Shown: positions 1-13,454 of the stretch, piece by piece
How positions within the stretch are numbered: position 1 is the stretch's first letter
How the letters are laid out: each line of letters starts with the position of its first letter
The notes under the pieces: generated by a model
Database searches by the model: none
The model's input: only the letters and a program-made list of their open reading frames with translations
What the model was told of the DNA's origin: nothing
Translations under genes and position numbers: made by a program
Assembly: GCA_036785375.1 (NCBI GenBank)
Contig: JAWMAR010000243.1
Location: 2,728,001-2,792,000 of the forward strand
DNA: 64,000 nt
DNA from: Leucoraja ocellata
Taxonomy: Eukaryota
Direction: 5' to 3'

Positions 1-1934
1 AGCCTGTACATGCAACAACACTGATGATATATAAAAGCAAATGATCCATTTATTAATTGTAATACTTGGAAACCAGGCTATAGTAGAGCAAAACAGAAGC
101 ATGTAATGCAACTAGAGGCACTGTCCACAGGTGATCATAGTTGCTGAAGACTGAGCAACACAAGGAACTGCAGGTGCTGGAACCTTGCAGCACAAAGTGC
201 CGGAGTAACTTAGTGGGTCAGGCCGCATTTTTGGAGGTCATGGGTGCCAAGGTTACTGTAGTTTAGTGTTGAAGAGCCTGATAGTTGCTGTGAAAAACCT
301 GTTCTTGAATTTGGAGTCATGGTTTTCAGTCTTTTGTACCTTCTTCTCAAAGGCATTAGCGAGATGAGAATGTAACCAGGGTCTTTGGTATTAGCTGTGG
401 TTTTGAGGCAGTGCCCCTTCAATGGTGGGGAGGTCAGTCCCTCTGATGGACTGGGTGGTGTCTACCCCTCTCTAGTCCCCTTACAATAATGACTCCGATT
501 AACTGTTGCTGCACAACCAGGAATGGAATTTGAAATCTTACAAGTCTGCATGTCACAATACCAAACCTACAGGCCACAGGCATTTCTGTGGACTCATTAG
601 TGATAGTGACACATCTTTGCTCAGGATTGAAATTAACATTTAGACATGAAGAGAAATACCATGTCTGCTTTAGAATTAAACTAAAAGTGTTGAATATCAG
701 GAAGCATTTATTTTTCCCTAAAGAAGAATGTTTATTTTAATCAAGATTGGAGGCCTGCAAGTATACAAATTGTGTTGCATTCACTAAGGCTTTGCTAACA
801 ATTTTGATGAAATGAAAGACAACAAATATTTAAATCCCTTGACTACTAAGTGGTTAGATAATTAGTTTATGTGAGGATACTGAACCGTGACTATATCCAA
901 TTTACTATGTTTATTACTGCTGAACTCGTCAGAAAATAAACCACATAATGAATAAACTGTCATATTGTCAGTTTGATAAGTAACAAATATTTACAGTTCT
1001 TTTTCTGCAGAGCTAAAATGGCCAGTGAAATTTAAGTGATGTTTCTCTGAGGCAGATATTTTTTGCAATTGATACCAACGTATCACTAAGTGACAGGAAC
1101 CAGAAGCACTACGTTCCAGGAACACATTGATCTCATCCTATTTCTGTGCTAATTTAGCTGGTCTTGGCCAAAGCAGTACATTGGATATTACAGGTGACTC
1201 GACACAAGAGTATGTGCATGTCCATTTTCTTGAGAACAGGTGCAGGTTTATCTGTTACACACTCTATAAAGTCAAAATACCTGAGAACATACCGTTTAAG
1301 GTAACATAGGAACGTGTGCTGAGTTAAGTAATGGAAGTGCCTTACCCAAAATGAGTCAAACTAGATGGTTCGAAAATCGAGATGCATGTTTATAAAAGTA
1401 CATGTTGAGGCAAGGTGCAAGGAAGAGGGTCTTGACCCGACACGTCACCTATTCCTTTACTCCAGAGATGCTGTCTTACCCGCTGAGTTACTCCAGCTTT
1501 TTGTGTTTATCATCACATGGAATAACAATGCAGGTTTGTCTCCAGGGTCTTGATAGCACTGATGAAAGGTGACAGAGGAATAAAACGATAGGTTCCCGAA
1601 ATAAATAGATATACAATATGGCCCCAAATGTGGTAGCTAGAGAGTCTGATTAGTTTACAGTTACATTGTGGATACCAACTGTTGGATAAATATTTACAGA
1701 AAGATAGCAATGCGAGTTGCATGAAGGAGAGTTGATCTCTGGGTTATGCCATTATCCAGTATTATTATGCCCTCTGGTGACTATAGACCACAATCAAGAT
1801 GATCATGTGTGAAATTAAAAGAACATAAAACATTTGAACTAAGGCATACTCCTGTTTTTGAGCTTTCTCAGTCATTCATCAAGATCTTGCTTCACCCTCC
1901 CTCCCCAGCCACACATCTTTCTTGCATTTAACTG

Positions 1935-2550
1935 GAAAACACTAGTCATTTAGCATGGAAACAGGCCCTTCAATATAGTTCATCCAGGCTGACCAAGACA
2001 CTCCATCTCAGCTAGTCCCATTTGCCCGCATTTACTCATTACTCATTTACCGCTAAACCATTCCCATCCATGTACCTGTTTCAGATGTTTTTCATCATAC
2101 CTTCTTCAACTATTTCCTCTGGCTGCCCATTCTATACATTCATTAACATCTTGGTGAAAAAGTTGTCTCTCAGGATCCTGTTAAATCTTTCCCCACTGTC
2201 TGACTAGACCGATGCCTATGCCCTCTAAACCTATGCCCTCTTGTTTTTGACTTGCCCAACCCTGGGGAAAATACCCTGTACATTCATCATATCTATTCTC
2301 CTCCTGATTTGAAACACCTCTATAAGTTTACCCTCAGTCCATTGGCTCCAAGGAATAAAATCCTAGCCTGCCCAACCAACCTCTCTCTATAGCTCGGAAC
2401 CTCGAGTCCTGGGGGCAACATCCTTATAAATCATCTCTGCACCCTTCGCAGCTTAATGGCATCTGTTCTATACCAGGGTGAACGAAACTGAACACAATAC
2501 CCCATGTGTGGCCTCACCATCGTCATCTACAACTGTAACACAACGTTCCA
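1935..2550 (-). mobile_element. CR1-like LINE 3' fragment. Other minus-strand fragments at ~11845-11995, 24388-24451, 34975-35315, 41065-41380, 45630-45880, 48335-48790, 53600-53740, 61795-62195
   Basis: Reverse complement of the CR1 tail (acagcatggaaacaggcccttcggccc.../catagaaacatagaaaataggtgcagg...) and the ORF2 end (gtgaaaaagttg, ctggactc). Confidence 0.8.
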
Positions 2551-2551
2551 A

Positions 2552-2745
2552 TTTCTGCAGATGCTGGTAACTTACGCAAAAAAACACAGTGCTGGTGGAA
2601 CTCAGCAAGTCAGTAAGCATCTGAGGAATATATCCTCCTTCAGATTATTCTTCAGTCTGAAGAAGGGTTGCAACCTGTAACTTCACCTATCCATGCTCTC
2701 TACAGATGCTGCCTGACCTACTGAGTACTTCCAGCTCTGCATTTT
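2552..2745. mobile_element. Older diverged fold-back PLE-derived element. Similar remnants at ~160-235, 1420-1510, 12800-12930, 22550-22625, 23300-23370, 23620-23740, 27640-27848, 37018-37105, 43045-43150, 48065-48185, 56700-56785, 59750-59910, 61270-61360, 61466-61600, 63370-63465
   Basis: All share the ctgcagatgctgg...tgctggagtaactcagcgggtcaggcagcatct motif or its reverse complement; several keep a degenerate ctgaagaagggt..gaaac. Confidence 0.75.
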
Positions 2746-2819
2746 TATACCCAACCTCTGGACTCAGCGTGCCAAAGTGGTGATGTGTACTTCAGCATTC
2801 ATTTCTGATTTGTTTTCAG

Positions 2820-2938
2820 GCTTGGCTGGCTGAGGTGGAAGGTCGCTTACCGACAAAGTCGGATCAAACTCGGCGGCAGAGTGAAATGTACGAGTCGCAG
2901 AGCAGCGCCGTCAACAACTGTCCACAGGATAGAGAGAG
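2820..2938 (+). CDS. FNBP1: FNBP1 internal coding exon (end of HR1 region/linker)
   Basis: Acceptor ttttcag|GCT, donor AG|gtacgg. Encodes [39 protein letters not shown](S), matching the FNBP1 [11 protein letters not shown]...NNCAQDRES segment. Phase 0 to 2, consistent with the next exon. Confidence 0.93.
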
Positions 2939-3149
2939 GTACGGTACCGCTATTGGTCACGGAGACTTGCAGACTGAGCTGGATGTTGAGAAGGTGAAGT
3001 TGGCGGCAGACATTGCTGTTCCCTTGTTGTACTCTGTGTGTTATTGAACCTGTGGCCACTTCACACAAGGATGTGGTCAGGCAGCACAGAGTTTATCTGA
3101 TCTCTGCCTTCCTGGTTGTGCCCGAATCACAGAGGAGATTGGGGGGTGG

Positions 3150-3450
3150 ATGATGTTTAAGGTCAGGACCTTTCTTCAGACTGATTGTCGTGAGGGAGAG
3201 AACTGGAAGAGAGAGATGGTGGTGGAACAAAGCCTGGCAAGTGTTAGGATAGAGGTAAATAGGAGGGGGGGGGGGGGGGGGAATAGCTGATGGATGGAGT
3301 AAGTGACAAAGGCGAGAGATGAACAGGAGACAAACGGGGGTTAGATAAGGAATAAGGTAGAAAGCCAGAGGGAGGGATGTGAGTGGAAGGAGACAATGAA
3401 GGGGTGGGGAGAAGAGGGGGTGATGGTAGAAGATGTGGGTGCATGGAATG
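3150..3450 (-). mobile_element. PLE 3'UTR-like fragment, purine-rich on + (related piece at ~56330-56550 on +)
   Basis: Begins with the reverse complement of a degenerate hammerhead (ctttcttcagactg), followed by GA-rich sequence resembling the reverse complement of 56330-56550. Confidence 0.55.
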
Positions 3451-5772
3451 ATACTCCAATGATCCTGGTGACCTTAATTTGCGTCAGGAATGCCCAGTTT
3501 TGAGTTACTGACTCAATTCAAGATCTATCCCACTTAACACAGCAATATTGTGAACAACATCTTTATTATGGAGACGGGACTGATATTCCTGGGTGTTTGA
3601 GACGCTCACCAATGAATCGATGCATGTGGAACAGATGGACTTGTGAAAATTAGGCCGTTTTTTTCCTCTCTCGCCATCTGCCGTGTGCCTGACAGACCGC
3701 AGCCAATGTGCATGACCATGGGGCAAAATCTGGCATTTGGAACTGACAGGATTTCTGTAGAATGAACCGGCATGGACTTGGTTGGCCAAGTTGCACTTTT
3801 TGTTTTGTAACGTAGACTAATACAGCACGGAAGCAGGCACTTCGACACAACTTGTCCATACTGACTAGGATGCCGCATCTAAGCTAATCCCATTTGCCCA
3901 CGTTTAAGACATTTCTAATGTTGCATGTGATTTGGCCTAGGGGGTTTGTAATCCTGAGGTGGAAGTTAAACACAACTTGTTCTAAGTTGTGTTTAAATAG
4001 AACAGTGCTAATGTGTCATGTGTCGAAAGGGGAAAATGGAAGGTAGTGTGGAAAATATATGGTCATCATGACAAATGACTCAAATTCTTCTCTCAAGGTG
4101 TTTGTGAAATTGTTGATTATTTATAATATTTTCTTGCTCACCATTATAGGTATTGGCCATTGATTCTAGATTTTTCAACTGAATTTAAATTCCACAATAT
4201 CATCTGAGCAATTTGAATCTATCTGTAGATTACCACTCCTTTCTCTTGAAATTATTTTGCAAAAATTCCCAACTTACTGAAATTCGTCATCATCATCGAA
4301 TAATCTATTATTTAAAATAGACAAAATAGAATAGAATGAATAAATTAGAATTCAGTTTGACCTGATGAATTAAATGGATATATTTTGTCCAGAGGTTTAT
4401 AAATTGTGAATTCCTGTGCAATTTCTGAAATGTTTTAAAAATCTAGATTAAATTGTTTCTTTTAGTTCTTCTGCTATGCCCGAGAACTTAATTTTGGATG
4501 TTGCGATCAGATTTATTTTACAAGGCGCCATGAAGTCATTTAATTTAACAGGAGTTTATGTAACTGTAAATTCCCAACTCAATGCGCTGTTGTTGATGCA
4601 GGGAGTTAGTCAGGAGTGTGTCAAGAGTGTTTAATTGTCCCATGCACCAACAACAGAACAATTAAATTCTTACTTGTTGCGACTTAACCGGCCCATAAAC
4701 GTAACATCACACAGTTAAATATACTATAATCAATAATACAATTAATTAATCACAATAAAACTAGGTAACCATAATAGTGCAACACCGATGTCTGTAGTGG
4801 AACCAAAGACACGGTCCATAGAAAATCATAGTTACTGAGCGGTGTTTGTGGTTGTTAAAATAAGAATTGCATTTACTGGAAATCGAAATAAAGCACAAAT
4901 TGGTCAATATGTAAAATCATAAAAGTTGTTTTGGTTTAGTTAAATAATATCTAAAAGTATTCATGAGTTTACTCTCAGTGTATCTCTTCTTGCAATTGAA
5001 ACAAGTGATGAAACAATCTTGCAATTTCTGCCAAACAGCAAAGTATACTTTGTAACAAATGAACACAACTGAAAACGATACAGTGAAAGAAGAAGCTTTT
5101 CACTCTATCTTGGTACTCGTGGAAATAGTAAACAGTTGCCAACTATTCTTAATGTATTTTGAGTGTCAAACAAGAGTGCAATACAGCAATATAAACTTTA
5201 ATATTTGCTGTTCAACAATGTCCAAATTGGATTATTGATCATTTTTGTATGTGAATTAGCAATTATGTGCATAGTATCAATTTATAAATTCTGGACAATT
5301 AATGGCTGCGTTATACAAAGCTATCAGATAGACTCAATGCCTTTTATCCAAAATTGCGACTGTCAGGTATTACATAATGTGTGCAGCTTTCAGCTCGAGA
5401 GATTAGTGGAGCCTGAGACTAGCACCACATTTAACCAGTGGCCACTGGAAGAACTATATGCCCATGTCACTATAGACCAGGGATTGGGAAGTTTAATCAG
5501 ATCCAAGTCCATCGGTGAATGCAATGGAAATGATGGGCAGAGAGGTCTTCTTCTCTGATATTACTTGCCCTGTTTTTACGATATCATATATTGAGGGTTT
5601 GTTAATGCTTTCCTAGGTGATTTCTACTGGTGATGACGCTGTAGCTGCATATGATATTGCTTTACTGCAAGGTTTCTATCAGCTGTTATGCTGCCGTGGT
5701 CTGCGGATCTGCTGTGGTTTATTTGGGACATACTATTTCTATAGTTACTGTATTTCTTTCTTTCTTGAGCAG

Positions 5773-5912
5773 TCCTGATGGTAGTTATACCGAAGAACAA
5801 AGCCAAGACCCACAGTTAAAAGTTGCAGCCCAAAACGAGTTTGATGATGAGTTTGATGATGAAGAAGTGCTGACGTCAATTGGTACATGCAAGGCCATGT
5901 ATCCCTTTGAAG
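5773..5912 (+). CDS. FNBP1: FNBP1 coding exon (acidic DDEFDDEE motif and start of SH3)
   Basis: Polypyrimidine tract then gagcag|T; donor G|gtataa. Encodes (S)[46 protein letters not shown](G). Phase 2 to 1. Confidence 0.95.
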
Positions 5913-6539
5913 GTATAAAGACCGTAGAGAAAAGAAAGCAGCTAAAACCACACCTTAGAAATCCAGCAACACTCTATGTCCTTTAGAGAGATAAAAAGAG
6001 TATGTTGGCCGCCTCTGCAATAGGCTTTGAGTACAAGAGGAGAGAATTCTTGTTGCAATTGTATGGAAACCTGGTTAGAGCAATGGGATGTAATTCACAG
6101 GTTGATGGAAGGGAATGATTGGAACAAAGTGACTGGCTTGATTTTATTAATGTATAGTGTGTCTGATCCTTTTGAATAACATGCAAAACAAAGCTTTTCT
6201 CTGTACCCCAGTACACGTGACAGTATCAAACCTAAATCTAACGCTGACGAGGGGTTGCAGGATGTGGATGCATTCCTCTGTTTCTATGTTTTCAATCAGA
6301 AGACAGTTTCTCCCTACAAATAATCTGGAGCAGTATTGTGGTTGAAGCTGCAAACAAGATGTGTTGTACCGTGCAGTGAAATTGAAATCGGATATTTTTG
6401 AGCCTCTTTTTTCAATTGGAATACCAGGGGTTAATTGGGGATGAAGCAAATAACTGTGGAGGAGACTCTCAATGGAGCTAAACCAGCTAACCTGAAGCTT
6501 CTCTTGAAAACTCTTTCCCTGTCCAAAGTGAGGATCCAA

Positions 6540-6870
6540 ATTGTGGATTGAGAGAGTTTATATGTAGCAGGGTGAACCTTTTACCCAGGGCGGAAATGTC
6601 AAAGATTAGAGGGCATAGCTTTAAGGTGTGAGGAGCAAAGTTTAAAGGAGTTTTTTTTTACACTGAAGGTGGTAGGTGCCTGGAACATGGTGTTGCTAGG
6701 TTAATGGAGGCAGATATCACAGAGGCATTTAAGACGCTTTCAGACAGGCACATGGATATTCAGGGAATGGAAGGATATGGATCACGTGCATGCAGAGGAA
6801 GTTGGTTTAACTCAACATCATGTTTAGCACAGACATTGTGGGCCAAAGGGCCAGTACTGTTCTATCCAAT
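6540..6870 (+). mobile_element. CR1-like LINE 3' fragment. Other plus-strand fragments at ~5985-6140, 10870-11100, 16410-16615, 16770-16930, 23185-23300, 52120-52465, 62560-63110
   Basis: agagggcatagctttaaggtg...ttttttacac...tggaac...gggccaaagggcc tail. Confidence 0.78.
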
Positions 6871-6955
6871 GAACACAATGTTTGTCTTTCCTAGTGCTGT
6901 CTGTAGTGCCATCGCATCTGGTGTAACCTGATTTGTGAATCTGCTTTCAATTCAG

Positions 6956-7134
6956 GTCAGAATGAAGGAACTATAACGATTACAGAGGGAGAGACGTTGA
7001 CTGTGATAGAGGAAGATAAAGGAGATGGGTGGACAAGAGTTCGACGAAGTGAAGACGAGGAAGGATATGTTCCAACGTCTTATGTGGAGGTCTATTTGGA
7101 CAAAAGTGTTAAAGGTGCAATGACTTATATCTAG
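6956..7134 (+). CDS. FNBP1: FNBP1 SH3 exon, read-through form ending KGAMTYI*
   Basis: Acceptor ttcag|GT. Encodes (G)[58 protein letters not shown], stop TAG at 7132-7134. The YVEVxLDK end fits FNBP1 rather than FNBP1L or TRIP10. Internal donor G|gtgcaa after 7114. Confidence 0.93.
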
Positions 7135-7908
7135 TTTTAAGTAAACTCTCTGTTAGACAGGACCTGCTTGACACATACAAGAGAATGCAACAAAGTGCAA
7201 TACACTGTCTGGTCATATCACTTCCTTATTTTGCACTATACTCACTGACCTCTGCATGTTGCTGGAGAGTAGATGGGGAAACCTCTCTCGTGCTGATTGT
7301 AGTTTGTGATCAGTGAGTTTGGATCTGGTACATCCTGATAACGACTTCAGTGCTTGGTGTTTTATGTGTGAAAATCAACATCCATTTTCATCTGTCCATA
7401 CAAACAGTATGGTTTTCGTGCAAACTAAAATCGCTTCATGGTACATAGAACTGTAAATTTATATTTCATCTTCACAAAATCTAATGCACAAAGTATTTGC
7501 TTTCATTGCTTCGATATGTATGCACATTTTTCTATATTATAAAATGGCTGCTTATTTTTTATTTAAAATACATAATGAGTTTCATGACAATAGGAATTTC
7601 TGCCCACATCCAGTTGATGCAGCTGCATTGTAGAGAAATCCTGTCCACAGTACAGGTCATTTTCAAGGTCATACATTTCTGCTTTTATGCTGACACCACC
7701 CAGTATTATGACAATGAATGATTAACAGTACTTCAAATCATCTGGGATATCCTTAAAGATGCGATATAAAGGCATTTTTCTTGTTCTCATTTTGTCTTTT
7801 TCTCTGTCTCGGGTTCCGTCCTTTTTGCTCTCAAGCTTTCTTTCCTGTACGCTCTCTTTTTATCTCTCTCTCTCTCTGTCTCTCTGCATCCCTCCCTCTC
7901 CCCCTCTC

Positions 7909-8265
7909 NNNNNNNNNNNNNNNNNNNNNNNNNNNNNNNNNNNNNNNNNNNNNNNNNNNNNNNNNNNNNNNNNNNNNNNNNNNNNNNNNNNNNNNNNNNN
8001 NNNNNNNNNNNNNNNNNNNNNNNNNNNNNNNNNNNNNNNNNNNNNNNNNNNNNNNNNNNNNNNNNNNNNNNNNNNNNNNNNNNNNNNNNNNNNNNNNNNN
8101 NNNNNNNNNNNNNNNNNNNNNNNNNNNNNNNNNNNNNNNNNNNNNNNNNNNNNNNNNNNNNNNNNNNNNNNNNNNNNNNNNNNNNNNNNNNNNNNNNNNN
8201 NNNNNNNNNNNNNNNNNNNNNNNNNNNNNNNNNNNNNNNNNNNNNNNNNNNNNNNNNNNNNNNNN
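7909..8265. other. Assembly gap (Ns) preceded by CT-rich simple repeat
   Basis: Run of N. Confidence 0.99.
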
Positions 8266-9231
8266 TACTGAAAGAATGCTTCTGAGTGGGTGCCAATTTG
8301 ATAGATTAAGTCACTGAAGGGCTAATTGTTTTACAGAAACACCCATGTTACATATTTTATTTCTCCACAATGAACTGCATCCAGCATAAACCTCTGTATA
8401 AATAATTTTGTAAGTAACGGAATGAATTGCTTATCATTGTTTAACAAAACTATTTAATCTTTTATATAATGGTCCATCTGCATTTCTGCTAGTACCTAAT
8501 TACAGTTTTTACATTTTTATAATTTTTGTTAATTTTTTGTTTTAAAAAAAAGAGAATTTTAAAAATATTATTTGCATGACTGCCTGGGCTGATTATAATT
8601 ATAGCAGCGTACCCATTCGGTACACAAGATGTTTGATGATTATTAGCTGTTTGCACCAGTTTTAATTTGTTTCATTGCTGTTGTTTCAATTTTCCACCTC
8701 TTCATCTGTTTGCTGTGTATTCATGAGCAGAGAGATTGATTGATGTCAAGAAGACTGAGTGACATACTTTGCATGCAATGCAGGGTCAAACTTCTCTGGG
8801 TACTTGGGTGAACGGCGCAGATACAGTATTTGCTACATTTTAGCCTTGTGTAATTTAGTTCCATTGAAGTGACTGATGGAAACGCAACTGTACCTGTCTA
8901 ATTGCATTTGGCACAAGAGGCTAAGGTGGAATTCTCTCCCATGCACTTCACTGGTTCAAGCTGGCCTCTGTGTAAGCCAGTGTACAACACTCGCAAACTG
9001 TTAATTGCAGAAGCCCTTTATGTAGAGATTTCTGTAAATGCAAACTCCTTCAACAACCAGAAATATCTTCCTCCATTCCATCAATTACCAGCAGTGGGTT
9101 TTTTTTACATTGCAATCGCTAGCTGGTTTATACAGCAATTTGATTAGTTACCTTAAGTGTTATAAGTCTGTTTCGGAAGGAAATGGCTCTGAAAGAAAAA
9201 AATAATTATAGTTCAAATAATTTCTTTAAAA

Positions 9232-9597
9232 TGTCTTTAAAGGTCTTTAAAATGATGAAAGGGATAGACAGAGTTGCTGTGGATCAGCTTTTCCCTTTGA
9301 GAATAGGGAAGATTCAAACAAGAGGACATGACTTCAGAATTAAGGGACAGAAGTTTAGGGGTAACATGAGGGGGAACTTCTTTACTCAGAGAGTGGTAGC
9401 GGTGTGGAATGAGCTTACAGTGGAAGTGGTGGAGGCAGGTTCGTTGGTATCAATTAAAAATAAATTGGATAGGCATATGGATGATAAGGGAATGGAGGGT
9501 TATGGTATGAGTGCAGGCAGGTGGGATTAAGGGAAAAAAGTTGTTCGGTACGGACTTGTAGGGCCGAGATGGCCTGTTTCCGTGCTGTAATTGCTAT
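9232..9597 (+). mobile_element. CR1/HER1-like LINE 3' end (ORF2 C-terminus and 3'UTR)
   Basis: VFKMMKGIDRV...TRGHDFRIKGQKFRGNMRGNFFTQRVVAVWNEL is the CR1 ORF2 C-terminal motif. Confidence 0.9.
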
Positions 9598-11140
9598 AAA
9601 TATGATGCAGGAGAGTGCTCAGTGCAATGAAGGACATAAGATGATTTAAAAAAAATAAACCTGACATCAATATCACACAGAGCCAAGAACAAATTAGTAT
9701 AAATCTTGTCCCGTGAACACTTTTCACTATGCCAGTCGTGGTCTATAAATCCGCTGAACCTTTTTCTTTATAGCAGAACAATACCTCATCCAAGTAGCAA
9801 TTAGTGCTCAGCTTCACAGCGGGAATTCATCAGCAAATAACCTTCCTGAGATCTTAAAATAAAATCCACATTATATTCCTACATGAATGCAGAATCATCA
9901 TCACCATCACCAAAGTAGAACTGAGCACCAACCATTGGCTTGCTAACACTCTGTCTGTCCTTTGTTTTTTACCTTCATGGTGTCACTATTGGGGAAAATA
10001 TCCATTAAGCCAAACTGTACTTTGTGAACGCTAACCTACAGTTCTCATCGTATTGTTCTTTATGAGTAAATAATACTTGGTTTAATTTTGCAAACCGGCC
10101 TCATTATACCTTGATATCCTAGCCTCTGAGTTGTCTCTGAGGTCCTGACTAAACTGTTAATATTATTTAATTTTATATATCTTCCTTTGGAAGCTGCCTG
10201 ATCTTTACAATATTGTCATTCTTGCATACTTAAACTTCTATGTTGTAGTTGTAGTGTCAGATACAGTAAATATAATTGTGTCTGCACACCCCTAGCCTAA
10301 GAGACAAAGCTTATTGTTCTAACCAGGACATCCTATTTTGAACCTACATGATGGTACAGTCACAGAACCAGACTGGTTGGGATGTTCATTTTTACAGTCT
10401 TGTTTGTACCGAGGGAAGTCGTAGGTTAAAAATCCCTGCCAAATGCCACAACTTGTCTATTCTTTAGACAAGGTTTACTATTTTGATTTGGGTTTGTCCT
10501 GTGAGGCAGTGGATTTTGTCTTTTGTAAGAATTAGATCATACAGATTTCTTACAGGCTTGAAATGTTGGGAGCTATTTCATCTGGCTGGAGAATGTAGAA
10601 TCTGTTATCTTGTTCTTGGGATCAAAGATTGTCTTTTAAACCTATATCATCTGCAATCTTTCAGATTCTCTCCCCTAAATAGGTTAGTTTTCACATATAC
10701 CTAAATGTTCACCCATGCCATGCGTTTTCTGGGGAAAACATCTAATATAATAAATTTGAGATTTATTTAGAATGTTTTCCATAAATATATGGAAAAATGC
10801 TGCAATTTTAATTCTTGTAACAATCTTGTAACAATAGTTTTTTTATGGTACGTAAAGTGAATGAACTCAACACAGTGAGCTCAACAGGAGAGATACTGCC
10901 CTTGGTTCGGGAGTCTAGAATTATAATTCACTGAAATGGGGAATGTCTTCTCAGGCAGGTGAATCTGTGGAATTCTCTATCTTGGAAGGCCATTGAGGAT
11001 TGGAATTAATTTTATGCACAGCAGAGAGTGATAGATTTCTTGATAGTAAAGGAACCTAGGTATAAGAAGATATTGTGGGCCGAAGCGCCTGTTCCTGTGT
11101 TCTAAGGCAGAAAAACGGTGCTGTGGCACATTATGTTGAA

Positions 11141-11172
11141 GTCTGAAGAGGGGGCTCGCCCCGAAACGTCAA
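11141..11172 (+). ncRNA. Isolated minimal hammerhead core (PLE remnant)
   Basis: CTGAAGA-G-GGGG-CTCG-CCCC-GAAA-CG-TC at 11143-11170; stem I poorly formed. Confidence 0.45.
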
Positions 11173-13454
11173 TGGTGGCATTTTTTAAGATATTATGTAT
11201 ATATTCCAATTATTACATGAATGCAAGGAACATTTACCGCATATACATATTGCATATCAAACTAAAGCAAAAACGGAAAAAAATGGTTTTAAATCTTTCC
11301 AAAGAAATATGAAGATAGGTTCATACTTTGTTGTAGGTTGTTGTTTATTTAGAAACAATCTTAATTCCATCCCCATTAGCCCCAGACTTGGCATCTTCTG
11401 CAGAGAACAATCAGCTATTGGTCCTTCAAACAGCCGCTCATGCTGCTGTCGACCAACCAGTTAAAATGTGCAGGAAGACAGCCCATTAATCCCACTTATT
11501 CTCATGTCTACATGATGACACTTTGCCCCTTGGGCATGCCCCCACAGCAGCGTAACTAAGATTGGCAAAACAGTGGAGTAGAGAGCTGATTTGGCATCTC
11601 ATCATTTGTTGCGTCCATGTAAATGAATGTTATTGAGATTTAATTTGTTAACATGGCTTGTACTTTGGGCCTGGAAACTGATCTGTTTTCGTGCCTTCAT
11701 AGAAGATACTTGAGACAATAAACTTCTGACTCACTTACAGTAAATTGTGCTGTTTGTAATCATAATATTACATGACGGTTTCAAGAGGATCAGTGATGAC
11801 CGATGTCAAAAGCATGAAATTATCCACCCACCAGGCTCAAAGAGCCATACAGTATGGAAACAGGCCCTTCAGCCCAACTCTTGCATGCCAACCGAGATGC
11901 CCATCAAAGCTAGTCCCATTTGCCCACATTCAATCTACATTTCCTCTAATTATATTTCTATTCATGTACCTGTCCAAGTGTCTTTTAAGTTGTCATTGAA
12001 CTTTCTTCTTTTATGATTACCAGTCACTTTTCAAAGTAATGGTTGCATGATTTACAGAAAGGGGTTTAAAGAACTGTTTTTGTTTTAATCTGCAGTGATT
12101 TTAAGAAAATCAGAACGTAGGTGTCCAAAACACATCTAACAATGTAAAATCACTGCCATCCTATTGGATGTTTTCACAGTGGAAGCATCTTTCTTTGAAG
12201 CAGTATTTTAAATTGATGTGTGGTTGTTTGTAGTGTCTGATTTCAAATGCTTTCTAATGTTTATTAAAAAAGAGAATATTTTAATCTCCTCTGTCTTTTG
12301 GGGCCATTACTTATTTTCTGCAGTAATGCCCTATTTGTGCTTGTGCTGGAGAAAGTGTGCTTTAAACCATGGATTTCAAATGAAAGCAAGAAGCTTGGCA
12401 AACTGCTGTTTAATTTGTAATCACCAGAAAATGTGCAGTGGGGTCTGAGATTCACGCCCTCTGCAAAGGAACAGAAATCAGACTGCTTTGTGAGACATCA
12501 CTGAATCTGTCATATTTTGGAGAGGAAGTTTAAATCTATTATTTTGTTTTTGGATCTGCAATTATGGTGAATCTTCAGTTTACATTCAAACCTGCCGTCT
12601 CTTTAACTTTGTTATCGGACATTTGCACCTGTAAATTTAAATTCAGAACATGGTGCTGTATCAGTGTAAGATTTAGCATTGCTTCAATATGTTTGTGAAC
12701 TGCTAAAATTGGAGAATAAGAAGTCTCTCTTCATATGGATGTTTTTCATTCCATAAAAATATGGATTTGTTTTTTTTTTAACTGCCAATGTTAGAAATAT
12801 AAAATAAATCCGGAAACGCTGGAAATACTCAGTAGGTCAGGCTGCATCAATGGGAAGAAAAACGGAACTCTTTCTTGCTTCCCACATATACCCCCTGGCC
12901 TGCTGAATATTTCCAGCATTTTCTGTTTTTATTCCATAAAATAAATGTTTGCTAATGATCTCACACTGAAATTCAATGGCACCTATAGCCAAGCCACTAA
13001 ATATTGTTGGAATATCTGATTCAGAATGTCTATGTGACATGTAATTAATATGGATCACCTTTCATCGAGAGTTGTATTGTATTTCTCTCTTTTTTCCTCT
13101 CTGGCCAAATTTTGAATATTTAAAAAAAAAATGTTATTAATATTTTTTATGTTGTTCGTAGATACCTTCAATTTCAAATTGTAATGAGCAATATTAAATT
13201 TTTTGATTTTATTGGTGTACCATACAAAAAGTTGTAGCTAGGCAATGACATTTCGTTCAGACCGAAAGGTCTGAATGACAAATAAAGGATTCAATTCAAT
13301 TCAAGAACTGGAAGACATGTTCACGACATCAGCGTTACTGAATGCTTCCTTGTAGGCTCTTTGTCTAGTTGCACCAGCTGTGAGGTTTCTGATTGTCCCC
13401 TTAACTTTGTCATTGTCACTAACCCGTGTCCCTTTCTCCCTCTCTGGACTCTAG

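Noticed and set aside
7759-8317. Long ORFs in the track here and at 56040-56344
   Set aside because: Artefacts of translating through N gaps.
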